The translations under genes and the position numbers were made by a program. Positions 1 through 9,282 of a DNA stretch of 56,248 bases are shown here, in pieces. The stretch covers positions 1-56,248 of the forward strand of contig CAYFHI010000002.1 of the NCBI GenBank assembly GCA_964342875.1, given 5' to 3'. How positions within the stretch are numbered: position 1 is the first letter of the stretch; every line of letters begins with the position of its first letter. The notes under the pieces are model-generated. The model worked only from the letters and a program-made list of their open reading frames with translations, ran no database searches and was not told the origin of the DNA. The stretch comes from an uncultured Dehalococcoidaceae bacterium (GTDB lineage Bacteria > Chloroflexota > Dehalococcoidia > Dehalococcoidales > RBG-16-60-22).

Positions 1-2102
1 CCGATGCCGCCAGGATAGGCGTCATAGATAAATATCTGACCTTTACCTGTATCGTAATGATGTAGGGTGGAGACACCACCTATGTCGTTCCGGTCACACA
101 GAGCAAATAACGGTAGCATATCAATACTCGCGTGTTCGACGGCATGCAGTCCGCCGGCAAAATTCACGTTTTCACGATCCAGCCGAGCTGTTGCCTCAGG
201 TGGCAGATCAAACCACAGGGAAACGGTCGAAAATGTCTTGGACGGCAGGTTAAGCGACTCCTCACCGACTACTTCCTCGGTGAATTGTGCTTTCTTTTTG
301 AAACCGACCACGGTAGTATTTACCTCTACCTCACCAAGATATACGTTTACTTGCCCAATGGTCCGACTGCGATTTACTTGTGTGATACGCAAATCTGTAA
401 GGTCTTTAGTCTGGGTATAATAAGCTGCTGTTGTTGGGACTGCATAGGCAGTATGGTTAGTTATGTCTAATCTTGTTACGAGATAGGCTTCGCCCTGATG
501 AAGATAGATTGCCCCAGGATGAATCTGGGAAAAAGCAACGCTATTTTCTACGGTTTCCAGCAGTGAATCTGTAGAGGTGTCAATAATAGCATAATTATCG
601 CCAGTAGTGGAACGGATATTAAGTGCCTGTGCCGGGTAAGAAATTGACGGTGACAAATACCAACGCCGGTAGCGTTTTCTGAGCATTCCCTGCTCCTCCA
701 GTATCTTTAATTCTTTGTTAAAAGTAAAGCCGAAGAGCTTCTCATCATCCATACTCAGCGGCCGTTCCCAGGCGGCACAAAGTAAATGTGCCCTTAAAAT
801 ATAGGGGTTCTTCGGGTTGACCAATGCATTTTCAAAATCGTTATGAAAAAAAGAATCGGGGTGGCGCATAAAGTACTGGTCTATGGGATTATTAAGAGCT
901 ACTAGGAAACTCAAGGAATCGCTCTCACTACGACCGCTTCTTCCCGCCTGCTGCCAGGTGCTGGAAATGCTTCCCGGATAGCCAGTAAGAACTGTCGCTT
1001 CAAGGTCACCGCTGTTAATACCCAACTCCAGAGCATTGGTTGCTACTACCCCTAGGAGCTGCCCTTCGAATAGTTCCCGCTCTATTTCCCGCCGTTCTTT
1101 GGGCAGATAACCGGCACGGTAAGGCTTGATTCGTTTTACTAATTCGGTACTTATCTCAGCCAGCTTTCTCCGTGAGTAAATATATATAAGCTCGGTCAAA
1201 CGGCGGGTGCGAGTAAAAGTTAGGGTGCGAATATGCTGGCTCACCAGTGCCGTAAATAAACCGGTGGCTTCGCCGTTGGAGCTGTGCCTGGTTCCCTTGA
1301 CCTCATCGATAATCGAAGGGCACCAAAAGACAAATTCCTTCTTACCGCGCGGCGATCTGTCACTTTTGATAACCTGAAAGGGTAACCCAGTCAACCGTTC
1401 CGTATGTTCACCGGGATTGGCTATTGTCGCTGAACAGCAGATAAACTGGGGGTTTGAACCGTAATAAGCGCACAGACGACGCAGGCGACGCAGTAAGTCG
1501 GCAAAGTGAGAGCCAAAAACGCCCCGGTAAGAATGGACTTCATCAATTACCACGTATCTCAGGTGACGTAGCAACCCGGACCAGGATTGGTGGTTTGGTA
1601 ATATGCCGATATGCAGCATATCAGGATTAGTAAGAATTATTCTGGCGCCCTTCCTTATCCCTAAACGTTCGGCACGTGGCGTGTCACCGTCAAAGGTAGC
1701 ACTTTCTTCCGTTTTGATGATTCCAGGAGAAAACATCTGGTGCAAAACACTCAGTTGGTCCTGAGCCAGCGCCTTGGTAGGGTAAAGGTAAAGCGCTCGA
1801 CTAGTCGGCTCCGTCAGAATTTGTTGCAGGACAACGATGTTATAGCAGAGGGACTTACCGCTGGCGTTGGAAGTAGCTATGATAACATTCTCGCCCTGAC
1901 GCGACCTATTTATTGCCTCTGCCTGATGGGTATAGAGAGGATATAGAGCGTGCTTTTCCAATCTGTCTTGAAGTTCTCCGACTAAAGGCTTGTCCAGTAC
2001 ATCATATTCAGCTTTACGAGCAGAGATATGCTCAATATGAACCATTTGGTCCTGGTAACCGGGTTGAGCCTTCAGATAACGCAGGAAAGCAATAGTATCC
2101 AT
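1..2102 (-). CDS. DEAD/DEAH-box helicase with C-terminal DUF1998/MZB domain (MrfA/YprA-like); C-terminus cut by window edge
   Basis: Absent from the ORF track because it runs off the left edge. Reverse-strand ATG at 2102-2100. Hand translation MDTIAFLRYLKAQPGYQDQMVHIEH...YTHQAEAINRSRQGENVIIATSNASGKSLCYNIVVL (helicase motif I), ...STWQQAGRSGR (motif VI-like) and GGLHAVEHASIDMLPLFALCDRNDIGGVS...IFIYDAYPGGIG (DUF1998 signature) stays open to base 1. Confidence 0.85.
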   Translation of the reverse strand, partial: MDTIAFLRYLKAQPGYQDQMVHIEHISARKAEYDVLDKPLVGELQDRLEKHALYPLYTHQAEAINRSRQGENVIIATSNASGKSLCYNIVVLQQILTEPTSRALYLYPTKALAQDQLSVLHQMFSPGIIKTEESATFDGDTPRAERLGIRKGARIILTNPDMLHIGILPNHQSWSGLLRHLRYVVIDEVHSYRGVFGSHFADLLRRLRRLCAYYGSNPQFICCSATIANPGEHTERLTGLPFQVIKSDRSPRGKKEFVFWCPSIIDEVKGTRHSSNGEATGLFTALVSQHIRTLTFTRTRRLTELIYIYSRRKLAEISTELVKRIKPYRAGYLPKERREIERELFEGQLLGVVATNALELGINSGDLEATVLTGYPGSISSTWQQAGRSGRSESDSLSFLVALNNPIDQYFMRHPDSFFHNDFENALVNPKNPYILRAHLLCAAWERPLSMDDEKLFGFTFNKELKILEEQGMLRKRYRRWYLSPSISYPAQALNIRSTTGDNYAIIDTSTDSLLETVENSVAFSQIHPGAIYLHQGEAYLVTRLDITNHTAYAVPTTAAYYTQTKDLTDLRITQVNRSRTIGQVNVYLGEVEVNTTVVGFKKKAQFTEEVVGEESLNLPSKTFSTVSLWFDLPPEATARLDRENVNFAGGLHAVEHASIDMLPLFALCDRNDIGGVSTLHHYDTGKGQIFIYDAYPGGI

Positions 2103-2118
2103 TATATTTTTATAATTT

Positions 2119-2409
2119 CTATAAAGTTATGATTTCAATATCGTAATCAAGTATTTCTAAATCAAACCGACTGTCGATGACAAAATTAACCACTTTCGAC
2201 AGTATCGTATTAGTGTAACGCTTGTCGTTACTGATACAGCAAATTCCTATCGTTACCAGCTGCCACTGGTCATTATCGTCAATCTCAGCCACGGATACAT
2301 TGAACTTGTTCCGGAGGCGGCTGGTAATGGGCTTTATTACCTGTCTTTTTTCTTTAAGAGACGAATTGTCCGGCAGGCGACATTTAATGGCGCAGATACC
2401 AACGTTCAT
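2119..2409 (-). CDS. DUF503 family protein (YlxP-like)
   Basis: 96-aa ATG-start ORF. SLKEKRQVIKPITSRLRNKFNVSVAEIDDNDQWQ fits the DUF503 pattern as I remember it. Ends 16 nt upstream of the helicase start on the same strand. Confidence 0.7.
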   Translation of the reverse strand: MNVGICAIKCRLPDNSSLKEKRQVIKPITSRLRNKFNVSVAEIDDNDQWQLVTIGICCISNDKRYTNTILSKVVNFVIDSRFDLEILDYDIEIITL

Positions 2410-2807
2410 TATATAAATGCCCTGAGATTCTCATCTGTTATAAACTAATATATTCCGTTTCCTGGAAACAGAATGGCGCCTATGCTGTCTTGATTGTCTT
2501 TGCATATTTAATCATATAAGCCGAGTATTTATCTACATCGATCTTGTTCTGGTCTTCTATGACCAGGATGAGGTCGGTTTAATCTACACTTGAATATAAC
2601 TCTATCCAACTACGCATCTTCGACAAACCTTAAGATGCCCCCAGCTCGCTGGTGTATGATTTTATATTAGCTTTAAAACCATAGTCGTCATACTGGTCTT
2701 GTCTCTGTTGCTACTTTTATTACTTGCTTTCCGTAAACAGTATCATCAAGCTTGTCTGCAATATGGACAGTATCACGTAATTCGATCATAAAAACATCTC
2801 CAATGGG

Positions 2808-3283
2808 CTAGGTTATCCCTATTTCACGTTGTATTCTTACCCATTGCTCTAAAACTCGATTCGCATTCTCTACAAACGCGTCACTAGATGTGGGGGTGAT
2901 CGCTATGTTCCACCCTCTCTTTTTCACTATTACTATGTAACGCTTGGTTATCCTGGTAACGAAATTAACAGTTAGCCCTGTCCGGTTTGTTATCCTTATG
3001 GTCTTTACGTTCCGAAATCTAACTTTAACTGAGAAAGGACCCACCAATACTATGCGCAGGTGGTCGTCGAATAGCTGGTATGCCCGTGGGAATACCAGCC
3101 AAAATATTAAGCCACTAATTAAAGCTCCTAGTATAGTAGATAAAGGCTCCCAGAAACGTCACCTGATAGATATAAATAGAGACTTCCTGCCAGAAATACC
3201 ACTGCTACTATTAAACCAAGGTTCAAAAGAAGTCCATGTGTGGGTTTATCTTGATAGAGTAATTTACTTTTTGAATATCGCAA
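2808..3283 (-). pseudogene. YdbS-like bacterial PH-domain (bPH_2) membrane protein, split by one frameshift
   Basis: The upstream frame (TTG 3283 to TAG 3130-3128) encodes KLLYQDKPTHGLLLNLGLIVAVVFLAGSLYLYLSGDVSGS (TM helix). The second frame is open from 3158 to the stop at 2808 and encodes LSTILGALISGLIFWLVFPRAYQLFDDHLRIVLVGPFSVKVRFRNVKTIRITNRTGL (second TM helix plus PH-like core). The ORF track sees only the last 79 aa. Confidence 0.5.
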
Positions 3284-3351
3284 TTCAGTGATCCCTTTCC
3301 TATATCTCGTCTAATCTATCACCTGCTGTTACCCATGTCAATGAAAAATAA

Positions 3352-3380
3352 TTGACAAAAATACGTTAAGTACTTAGAAT
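3352..3380 (+). promoter_or_regulatory. sigma70-like promoter for the XDH-family operon
   Basis: TTGACA (3352-3357), exactly 17 nt spacer, TAGAAT (3375-3380). GGAGG RBS at 3416-3420 lies 7 nt before the GTG at 3428. Confidence 0.5.
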
Positions 3381-3427
3381 AAAAATCAGCTAAAGAAATC
3401 CAATTATGATGATTTGGAGGTCCCAGA

Positions 3428-3919
3428 GTGACGAGCGGAATGGTTACAATTACCCTTAAAGTCAATGGCGATGACTATGAACTGGCAGTAGCGGCACACT
3501 GGACACTGGCGGATGTGCTGCGGGAGAAACTGGGATTAACCGGCACCAAGCTGATGTGTGATGAAGGCGACTGCGGTTCATGCACTGTGCTGATTGATGG
3601 AGTGGCGGTTCTCTCCTGTATAATACTGGCAGTCGAAGCCCAAGACGTTGATATCCTGACCATCGAGGGACTGGCGGAGAACGTGACAAATGAGCTCCAT
3701 CCCGTCCAGCAGACCTTTGTCGAGCGCAGCGGTATGCAGTGCGGTGTTTGCACACCGGGTATGATACTGACTGCCAAGGCTCTGCTGGACAAGAACAACA
3801 ACCCTACGGAGGATGAAGTAAGAGAAGCCCTTGCCGGAAACCTGTGCCGCTGCGGTAATTATAAAAGAATCGTAGAATGCGTACTGGCCGCCGGCGATAT
3901 CATCAGGGGAGAGGCATAA
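3428..3919 (+). CDS. (2Fe-2S)-binding small subunit of a xanthine dehydrogenase/aldehyde oxidoreductase family enzyme (CoxS/CutS-like)
   Basis: 163 aa. CDEGDCGSCTV plant-type 2Fe-2S motif and second cluster motif QCGVCTPG...CRCGNY. GTG start behind GGAGG. Confidence 0.9.
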   Translation: MTSGMVTITLKVNGDDYELAVAAHWTLADVLREKLGLTGTKLMCDEGDCGSCTVLIDGVAVLSCIILAVEAQDVDILTIEGLAENVTNELHPVQQTFVERSGMQCGVCTPGMILTAKALLDKNNNPTEDEVREALAGNLCRCGNYKRIVECVLAAGDIIRGEA

Positions 3920-3920
3920 A

Positions 3921-6275
3921 ATGCCAGAAGGGCCCAGCATTCTAGGCAAGCGCTTACCACGTAAAGATGGCCTTGAGAAAGTGAAAGGGGAAGCCGAATT
4001 CGTCACTGATATGCAGCTCCCGGGAATGTTATACGCGGCATACCTTAGAAGTCCCCACGCCCATGCCTTTATTACCAAAATTGATACTAGTAAAGCGGAA
4101 GCATTACCTGGAGTTAGGGCCGTGCTTACCCATAAAAATACACCCAAAGTCCACCCGAGAGGTAAACTAGGATACCTGCTCAACGAAAAGACTTACAGTG
4201 CCGGTGATGAAGTGGCGGCAGTAGCGGCAATCTCCAAGGAAATAGCCGGAGAGGCGTTGAAACTTATAGACATAGAATATGATGTATTACCGCCAGTATT
4301 TGATGCAGAGGAAGCGATGAAGCCGAATGCTCCGCTCTTGTTTCCTGATTATGGTACAAATATGTTTCACGGTAGCAACACTCAGCCGGTACCCCGGTGC
4401 CAACCCGACGGCTGGTTACCGTTGGAGGTTGGCGATGTTGAAAAGGGGTTCGCTGAAGCTGATTACGTTTTGGAAAATAGTTACGAAACTCCGATGCAAT
4501 ATCCGTGTTCACCGATGCCTCGCGCTGTTATTTGCCAGTGGAGTGGCGATAAACTAACCTGCTGGATAGATACACAGGTTGCTTCCAGAGTATGGCTAGA
4601 CATGGCAAAAACGCTTAACATGCCGCAGTCAAACATACGTATCATTTCAACGTATCCGGTTGGCGGTTTTGGAGGTAAGGAACCGGATAAAACGGGGTTC
4701 CTGACGGCATTACTGGCAAAAAAAGCGGGGAAACCGGTGAAATCGGTTTTCACAAGAGAAGAGGACTTCATTGCCACTCACCGTCGTCTGAATTATAAAA
4801 GTCAAGGGAAAATAGGGATTAAAAAAGACGGGACTATCACAGCTTTACAGCAAAGAATGATTACCAATTACGGCAAAGACTCTGTTAGCAGTATGCTGAT
4901 TTTAGCTTCATCTGGAGTTGGCACTTGCAGTATGCTTTATCCCTGTCCTAACTCAAAATGGGAGGGATGCTCTGTTATAAGCAACACTCCTTGTCATGGT
5001 CCGGTGAATGGATTTGGTGATCCGGAAGCCGGGTTTTGTCTGGAGAGACTGATTGATGAAGCTGCTGAGAAGATAGACATGGATCCGGTTACGTTCCGTC
5101 TGAAAAACTGCATGCGTTATGGCACCCGTGGACTGGGTGCTCGTGAAGCGATGGGACTGGCAGAAGCCGGAGGCATCGGAACGCTCGAATTGGAATGGGG
5201 CGTAGTCGGTACAGATATGGATAGTCTACCGGAATGCATTATCCAAGCCGTCGAGAGTGCAGGTTGGAAGGATAAATGGAAGGGATGGAAGACACCGGTA
5301 GAGGTTAACGGATCGAAGAAAAAGGGTATTGGGATTGCACTTGGAATGCACCACAGCGCTTTCCATCTTTCCGGGGCTACAGTAAAGATAAATCAGGATG
5401 GTACGGCTAATATTTTGTCTAGCTTTGTTGACATGGGCTCCGGGTTCGGGACGGCTTTATCTCAGGTGGTGGCCGAAACACTCGGAATGAATTATGAAGA
5501 TGTCACTGTGCTGCTGGCAGATACAATGGTAACCCCTGTAGGCCATGGAAATACCGGAGAAGCCGGCACGTCCAGCGGTATTGCTGCTGCAAAGATTGCG
5601 GCTGATGATGCCAGGTGTCAGCTTCTGGGAATAGCCGCCGAAAAATTAGACGTTAATGCGGATCAACTGGAAGCGGCTAACCGGAGAATCTACATTAAAA
5701 ATAGCCCAGAAAAAGGTATATCAATTGCCGAAGCGTGCCTAGCTGGTTATCAGATTACAGGGGTAGGTATAAATCCCCCGCTGGATACAATAATCGACAA
5801 TAAATCAGGCAAAGGGATCAATCCGTACGCCGCCGCCGCCACCATTATCGAAGTGGAAGTAGACACCGAAACCGGAGAACTGGAGGTATTGACGATTGCT
5901 TCAGCACATGATTGCGGTCGTGTGATAAACCCGACTATGGTTGAGAATCAGATAAACTGTGCCAGTACGATGGGTAACGGATGGGTAAGGTCAGAAAGGT
6001 ATGTTATCGATCGGAAAGCGGGAGTAATTATGAATCCCAACTTACTGGACTACAAGATATTAACATTCCTTGATATGCCTCATAGTGATGGTATAAGAGA
6101 AATCTTTGTTGAAAGGCCATGTGCCTGGGGGCCATTTGGCGCCAAGGGAATGAGTGAGACGCCAATCACGACACCTGCGCCAGCTCTAGCAAACGCTATA
6201 TACAACGCAATAGGCGTGAGGATTACAGGAGAACATCTCACTCCGGATAGAATCCTAGAGGCGCTGGGGAAATAA
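3921..6275 (+). CDS. molybdopterin-binding large subunit, xanthine dehydrogenase family (aldehyde oxidoreductase/CoxL-like)
   Basis: 784 aa. N-terminal LGKRLPRKDGLEKVKGEAEFVTDMQLPGMLYAAYLRSPHAHAFI and C-terminal FGAKGMSETPITTPAPALANAIYNAIGVRI are typical of this family. Starts 1 nt after the small-subunit stop. Confidence 0.9.
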   Translation: MPEGPSILGKRLPRKDGLEKVKGEAEFVTDMQLPGMLYAAYLRSPHAHAFITKIDTSKAEALPGVRAVLTHKNTPKVHPRGKLGYLLNEKTYSAGDEVAAVAAISKEIAGEALKLIDIEYDVLPPVFDAEEAMKPNAPLLFPDYGTNMFHGSNTQPVPRCQPDGWLPLEVGDVEKGFAEADYVLENSYETPMQYPCSPMPRAVICQWSGDKLTCWIDTQVASRVWLDMAKTLNMPQSNIRIISTYPVGGFGGKEPDKTGFLTALLAKKAGKPVKSVFTREEDFIATHRRLNYKSQGKIGIKKDGTITALQQRMITNYGKDSVSSMLILASSGVGTCSMLYPCPNSKWEGCSVISNTPCHGPVNGFGDPEAGFCLERLIDEAAEKIDMDPVTFRLKNCMRYGTRGLGAREAMGLAEAGGIGTLELEWGVVGTDMDSLPECIIQAVESAGWKDKWKGWKTPVEVNGSKKKGIGIALGMHHSAFHLSGATVKINQDGTANILSSFVDMGSGFGTALSQVVAETLGMNYEDVTVLLADTMVTPVGHGNTGEAGTSSGIAAAKIAADDARCQLLGIAAEKLDVNADQLEAANRRIYIKNSPEKGISIAEACLAGYQITGVGINPPLDTIIDNKSGKGINPYAAAATIIEVEVDTETGELEVLTIASAHDCGRVINPTMVENQINCASTMGNGWVRSERYVIDRKAGVIMNPNLLDYKILTFLDMPHSDGIREIFVERPCAWGPFGAKGMSETPITTPAPALANAIYNAIGVRITGEHLTPDRILEALGK

Positions 6276-6398
6276 ATAACAGCTTCTTGCAGCTGATTAT
6301 TAAAAGGCAAGCTAAATCCATTCTACCTGTTATCAATCAATTATAGAGCGCCTATAACGAGAGTCCATTTCCTGGACTGTATTAGGTGCGGAGCATCG

Positions 6399-6983
6399 AT
6401 GATATCCGCCATTATTCTAGCTGCCGGTAAATCTACTAGGATGAGATTTCCCAAGCTATCGTTAACCATTAGAGGGAAAGGCCTCCTGCAACACGTGATT
6501 GATAACGCATTGAAGTCAAAAGTCGATGATGTAATTGTCGTTCTTGGTGCCGGGTCGGAAAAGATGCGAAAAGAAATCAATCCCGGCAAAGCCCGGATAA
6601 TTATTAATCCATTTTTTAATGAAGGACAAAGCACATCCCTTAAAGCCGGACTTAAGTCAATCAGTCCTGAGTCTCGAGCTGTTATCATCCTACTGGGAGA
6701 CCAACCATTTATTAATGACGCTACTTTAAATGCCTTGATAGACAAATATCGAGAGTCAGGAAGCCCCATTGTTGCCCCGGTTTATAACGGAAAAAGGGGA
6801 AATCCGGTACTTTTCGACAGGGCTCTTATTCCCGAGCTAATAAACACCAGCGGGGACAAAGGTGGCAGAGCAATTATCGGGAAGTACGCCCATAGAATTG
6901 CCACGCTAGAAATCGATTCATCTTTAATTGGGATAGATATAGACACCTGGGATGACTACCAAAAATTGTCCCGTTTATTCTAA
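6399..6983 (+). CDS. mocA: MobA-like NTP transferase, probable molybdenum cofactor cytidylyltransferase (MocA-like)
   Basis: 194 aa. AIILAAGKSTRM nucleotide-binding N-terminus and LLGDQPFI motif. Sits directly downstream of the XDH-family subunits. Confidence 0.65.
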   Translation: MISAIILAAGKSTRMRFPKLSLTIRGKGLLQHVIDNALKSKVDDVIVVLGAGSEKMRKEINPGKARIIINPFFNEGQSTSLKAGLKSISPESRAVIILLGDQPFINDATLNALIDKYRESGSPIVAPVYNGKRGNPVLFDRALIPELINTSGDKGGRAIIGKYAHRIATLEIDSSLIGIDIDTWDDYQKLSRLF

Positions 6984-7085
6984 AATTCATCATAGCTAAT
7001 ATTTGCAGGAGATGGGCGGAAAAGAGTTCATTAAAGAACAACCATGATTAGGAGATAGACATTTGATCTTATAAACGTTCTCATA

Positions 7086-7760
7086 TCAACATGGCGGCTT
7101 ATGAAAGTAGCAAAGATCGTTCAAGCAGCATTGGGGGCAAAGGGGACGAGAACGGCATATATTTTTGGCAAGGTAAACTAGTAGAGCGTGGTACTCATTA
7201 AACAAGCGGGAATCATTAGGTAGATTCGTCATGAAAAGTTTCTGATATTTAGCGTAACCGGCATTTTTCTGCTCCAGACCAATGCGATTGATGATACGGC
7301 GAGTATAAGTATCGATAACAAATATCGGCTTATTAGCGGCATAGAGTATTATCGAATCGGCAGTTTCCTCGCCGATACCATAGACCATAAGAAGCTGCTG
7401 ACGTATATTGTTAACATCTCCGGCAAAAAGTCTACTAAAATCGTCGTCATAGTGTTTCCCCAGCCAGCCCGCAAACGCCTTAATTTTTTTTGCTTTGGCG
7501 TTATAGTAACCAGAAGAGAAGATAAGACGTGCAAGTTTATCTTGAGTGATTCGTCTTATGGAATCCGGTGATAGCGCTCCGGCTGCTGTAAGATTAGTTA
7601 TCGCTTTCTCCACATTGACCCAGGCAGCCGACTGCGTTAAAATAGCGCCTATTATTATCTCGAATGTACCCTGCGCCGGCCACCACTGCTGAGACCCATA
7701 ACGGTTAAAAAGCCGGTTAAATATTTCCTGTAACGTTTTGCTTAATGAGTCGCTGTCCAT
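7086..7760 (-). CDS. endonuclease III-related HhH-GPD protein with C-terminal Fe-S cysteine cluster
   Basis: 224 aa. QQWWPAQGTFEIIIGAILTQSAAWVNVEKAI, an HhH region (VYGIGEETADSIILYA) and CRSRPLCPQCCLNDLC. Confidence 0.8.
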   Translation of the reverse strand: MDSDSLSKTLQEIFNRLFNRYGSQQWWPAQGTFEIIIGAILTQSAAWVNVEKAITNLTAAGALSPDSIRRITQDKLARLIFSSGYYNAKAKKIKAFAGWLGKHYDDDFSRLFAGDVNNIRQQLLMVYGIGEETADSIILYAANKPIFVIDTYTRRIINRIGLEQKNAGYAKYQKLFMTNLPNDSRLFNEYHALLVYLAKNICRSRPLCPQCCLNDLCYFHKPPC

Positions 7761-7902
7761 AAGTAAACCCGGGCATTATCCACGAATAAAGCATTTGATG
7801 TTAAATAATCAGTGTGCCAGACCCGATAAGTCAACGGTTATTCGAGCGGTTTAAGCTTAAGAAGTTCTTGGCAATCCCAAGGTATTTAACTATAAACAAC
7901 AG

Positions 7903-8127
7903 CTAATCCTCAACCAATGGTTCTTGCACTTCCAGATTGGCATATCTTGTCAGTTCCAGCATCTCATTGGCTTCTTCTTTGTTCTCGAAGAATATCCCCA
8001 TCTCACCCAGATAAATGTTTTTCAAAGTCTTTTCTGGTTTGGATAAACCGAGTTTGGCGGTTTGTACTACATCCCGATTGGTTACATCAAGTAAGTAAAT
8101 CTTGGGCGTCTGGATTTCTTCCTGCAA
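7903..8127 (-). pseudogene. possible N-terminal relic of an HMGL-like (isopropylmalate/citramalate synthase-type) gene
   Basis: 74-aa TTG-start ORF. KIYLLDVTNRDVVQTAKLGLSKPEKTLKNIYLGEMGI resembles the I-x-D-T-T-L-R-D-G-E-Q...K...L...G-V N-terminus, but RDG/EQ are replaced. Only about 70 residues of a normally several-hundred-residue enzyme are present. Confidence 0.3.
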
Positions 8128-8337
8128 AAATGACTCGGACAGGTGTTAAGGTGATATAGATTCGTATTGATAATAACATGATTATATGAGTCTAGGCAAG
8201 AATGGCTTGTTTGTCTTTCTCTCAACGTTGACACCTGTATGACCAAATAAAAATGAAGAGAACTTTAATAAATATTACTTGCAATTGTGTCTGATTGTCT
8301 GGTAAGCTTTCAGCCAGAAAGCGGTTTTTCAAAATGG

Positions 8338-9273
8338 ATGAACAATAATTTAGACCTCTCCGTTCAGTTAGCCCCCAAACACAAGAAGGGGCTGCTACTG
8401 TCCAATCCGGTAATGACCGCCTCCGGTACATTCGGATACGGGACAGAGTATAGCCATATGTTTGATATCCAAAAACTGGGAGCTATCATTTGTAAAGGGA
8501 CTACTCTCGAACCCAGAGAAGGGAATCCCCAGCCTAGGGTCACAGAAACCGCGTCCGGCATGCTCAATTCAATCGGTTTACAGAATATCGGAATTGATGC
8601 ATTAATTAATGAGAAGGCACCAATATGGGCGAGTTGGCAAGTACCAGTTATCGTGAATATTGCTGGTGAAACTATCGACGATTACGTCAGACTGGCGGCT
8701 AAAATAAACGGAGTCTCCGGAGTCAGTGGTATTGAGATAAACATTAGTTGCCCAAACGTTAAGGCAGGCGGGGCTGAATTCGGTATACACCCGGATTCAG
8801 CCTCCAGAGTAACCGCCGCTGTAAAAGTTGCTACGTCCCTGCCAATACTGGTCAAGTTAACTCCCACTACTGGTGAGATTAGGAATATAGCCATCGCCGT
8901 AGCGGAGGCTGGAGCCGACGCCATTTCCTTAATCAATACTCTTAGGGGAATGGCAATTGACGTTTCCCAACGCCGTCCCCTGCTGGGGAATGTTACCGGA
9001 GGATTGTCTGGACCGGCAATAAAGCCGATAGCTCTGTCAATGGTTTATGAAGTGGTTGGTGCAGTGGATTTGCCTGTTATCGGCTGTGGGGGAATCGTCA
9101 GCGGTAAGGATGCCATCGAGTACATCATGGCGGGAGCCAGCGCCGTCCAAGTGGGCGCCACCAACTTCATCAATCCGCAAGCCCCGCTGGATATTCTTGA
9201 GGAAATAGAAGATTTCCTCAAGTTAGAAAAAATAATACAGTTAACTGATCTTATCGGTGTCGCACGCCGGTAA
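8338..9273 (+). CDS. pyrD: dihydroorotate dehydrogenase, class 1B catalytic subunit
   Basis: LSNPVMTASGTFGYG, NISCPN and GGLSGPAIKPIAL motifs. I prefer the ATG at 8338 (MNNNLDLSVQL...) over the track's GTG at 8287. Confidence 0.9.
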   Translation: MNNNLDLSVQLAPKHKKGLLLSNPVMTASGTFGYGTEYSHMFDIQKLGAIICKGTTLEPREGNPQPRVTETASGMLNSIGLQNIGIDALINEKAPIWASWQVPVIVNIAGETIDDYVRLAAKINGVSGVSGIEINISCPNVKAGGAEFGIHPDSASRVTAAVKVATSLPILVKLTPTTGEIRNIAIAVAEAGADAISLINTLRGMAIDVSQRRPLLGNVTGGLSGPAIKPIALSMVYEVVGAVDLPVIGCGGIVSGKDAIEYIMAGASAVQVGATNFINPQAPLDILEEIEDFLKLEKIIQLTDLIGVARR

Positions 9274-9282
9274 ATTTAACAT

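Noticed and set aside
1-2409. Helicase plus DUF1998 as a DISARM/Druantia-like defence module
   Set aside because: Helicase and DUF1998 are fused in one MrfA/YprA-type polypeptide, a DNA-repair architecture. No methyltransferase, PLD nuclease, DUF1998-only gene or other defence partner is adjacent; the only neighbour is DUF503.
2457-2469. 13-nt perfect palindrome GTTTCCTGGAAAC upstream of the DUF503 gene
   Set aside because: Palindromes with 6-nt arms are expected more than ten times by chance in 56 kb. No second copy or functional context was seen.
3381-3427. Searched for a Moco riboswitch upstream of the XDH operon, mobA (44004-44112) and the second XDH gene (52515-53043)
   Set aside because: The leaders at 3381-3427 and 44004-44112 are too short. 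I could not recognise the conserved Moco-motif core in the long 52515-53043 leader by eye. That one still deserves an Infernal scan, as noted in the findings.
3578-4183. 201-aa reverse-strand ORF, plus similar long antisense ORFs at 13436..14011, 26638..27054, 53142..53486 and 54268..54663
   Set aside because: Each lies entirely antisense to a gene with unmistakable family motifs (XDH subunits, nadC, mfd). All lack RBS signals and have low-complexity, Ser/Arg/Pro-rich translations typical of shadow ORFs.
8306-8330. Hairpin GCTTTC-AGCCA-GAAAGC followed by GGTTTTTC just before the pyrD ATG, considered as a PyrR-type attenuator
   Set aside because: The stem is only 6 bp with 2 G-C pairs. The loop does not match the PyrR binding consensus as I remember it. 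It sits so close to the start codon that termination would make little sense.
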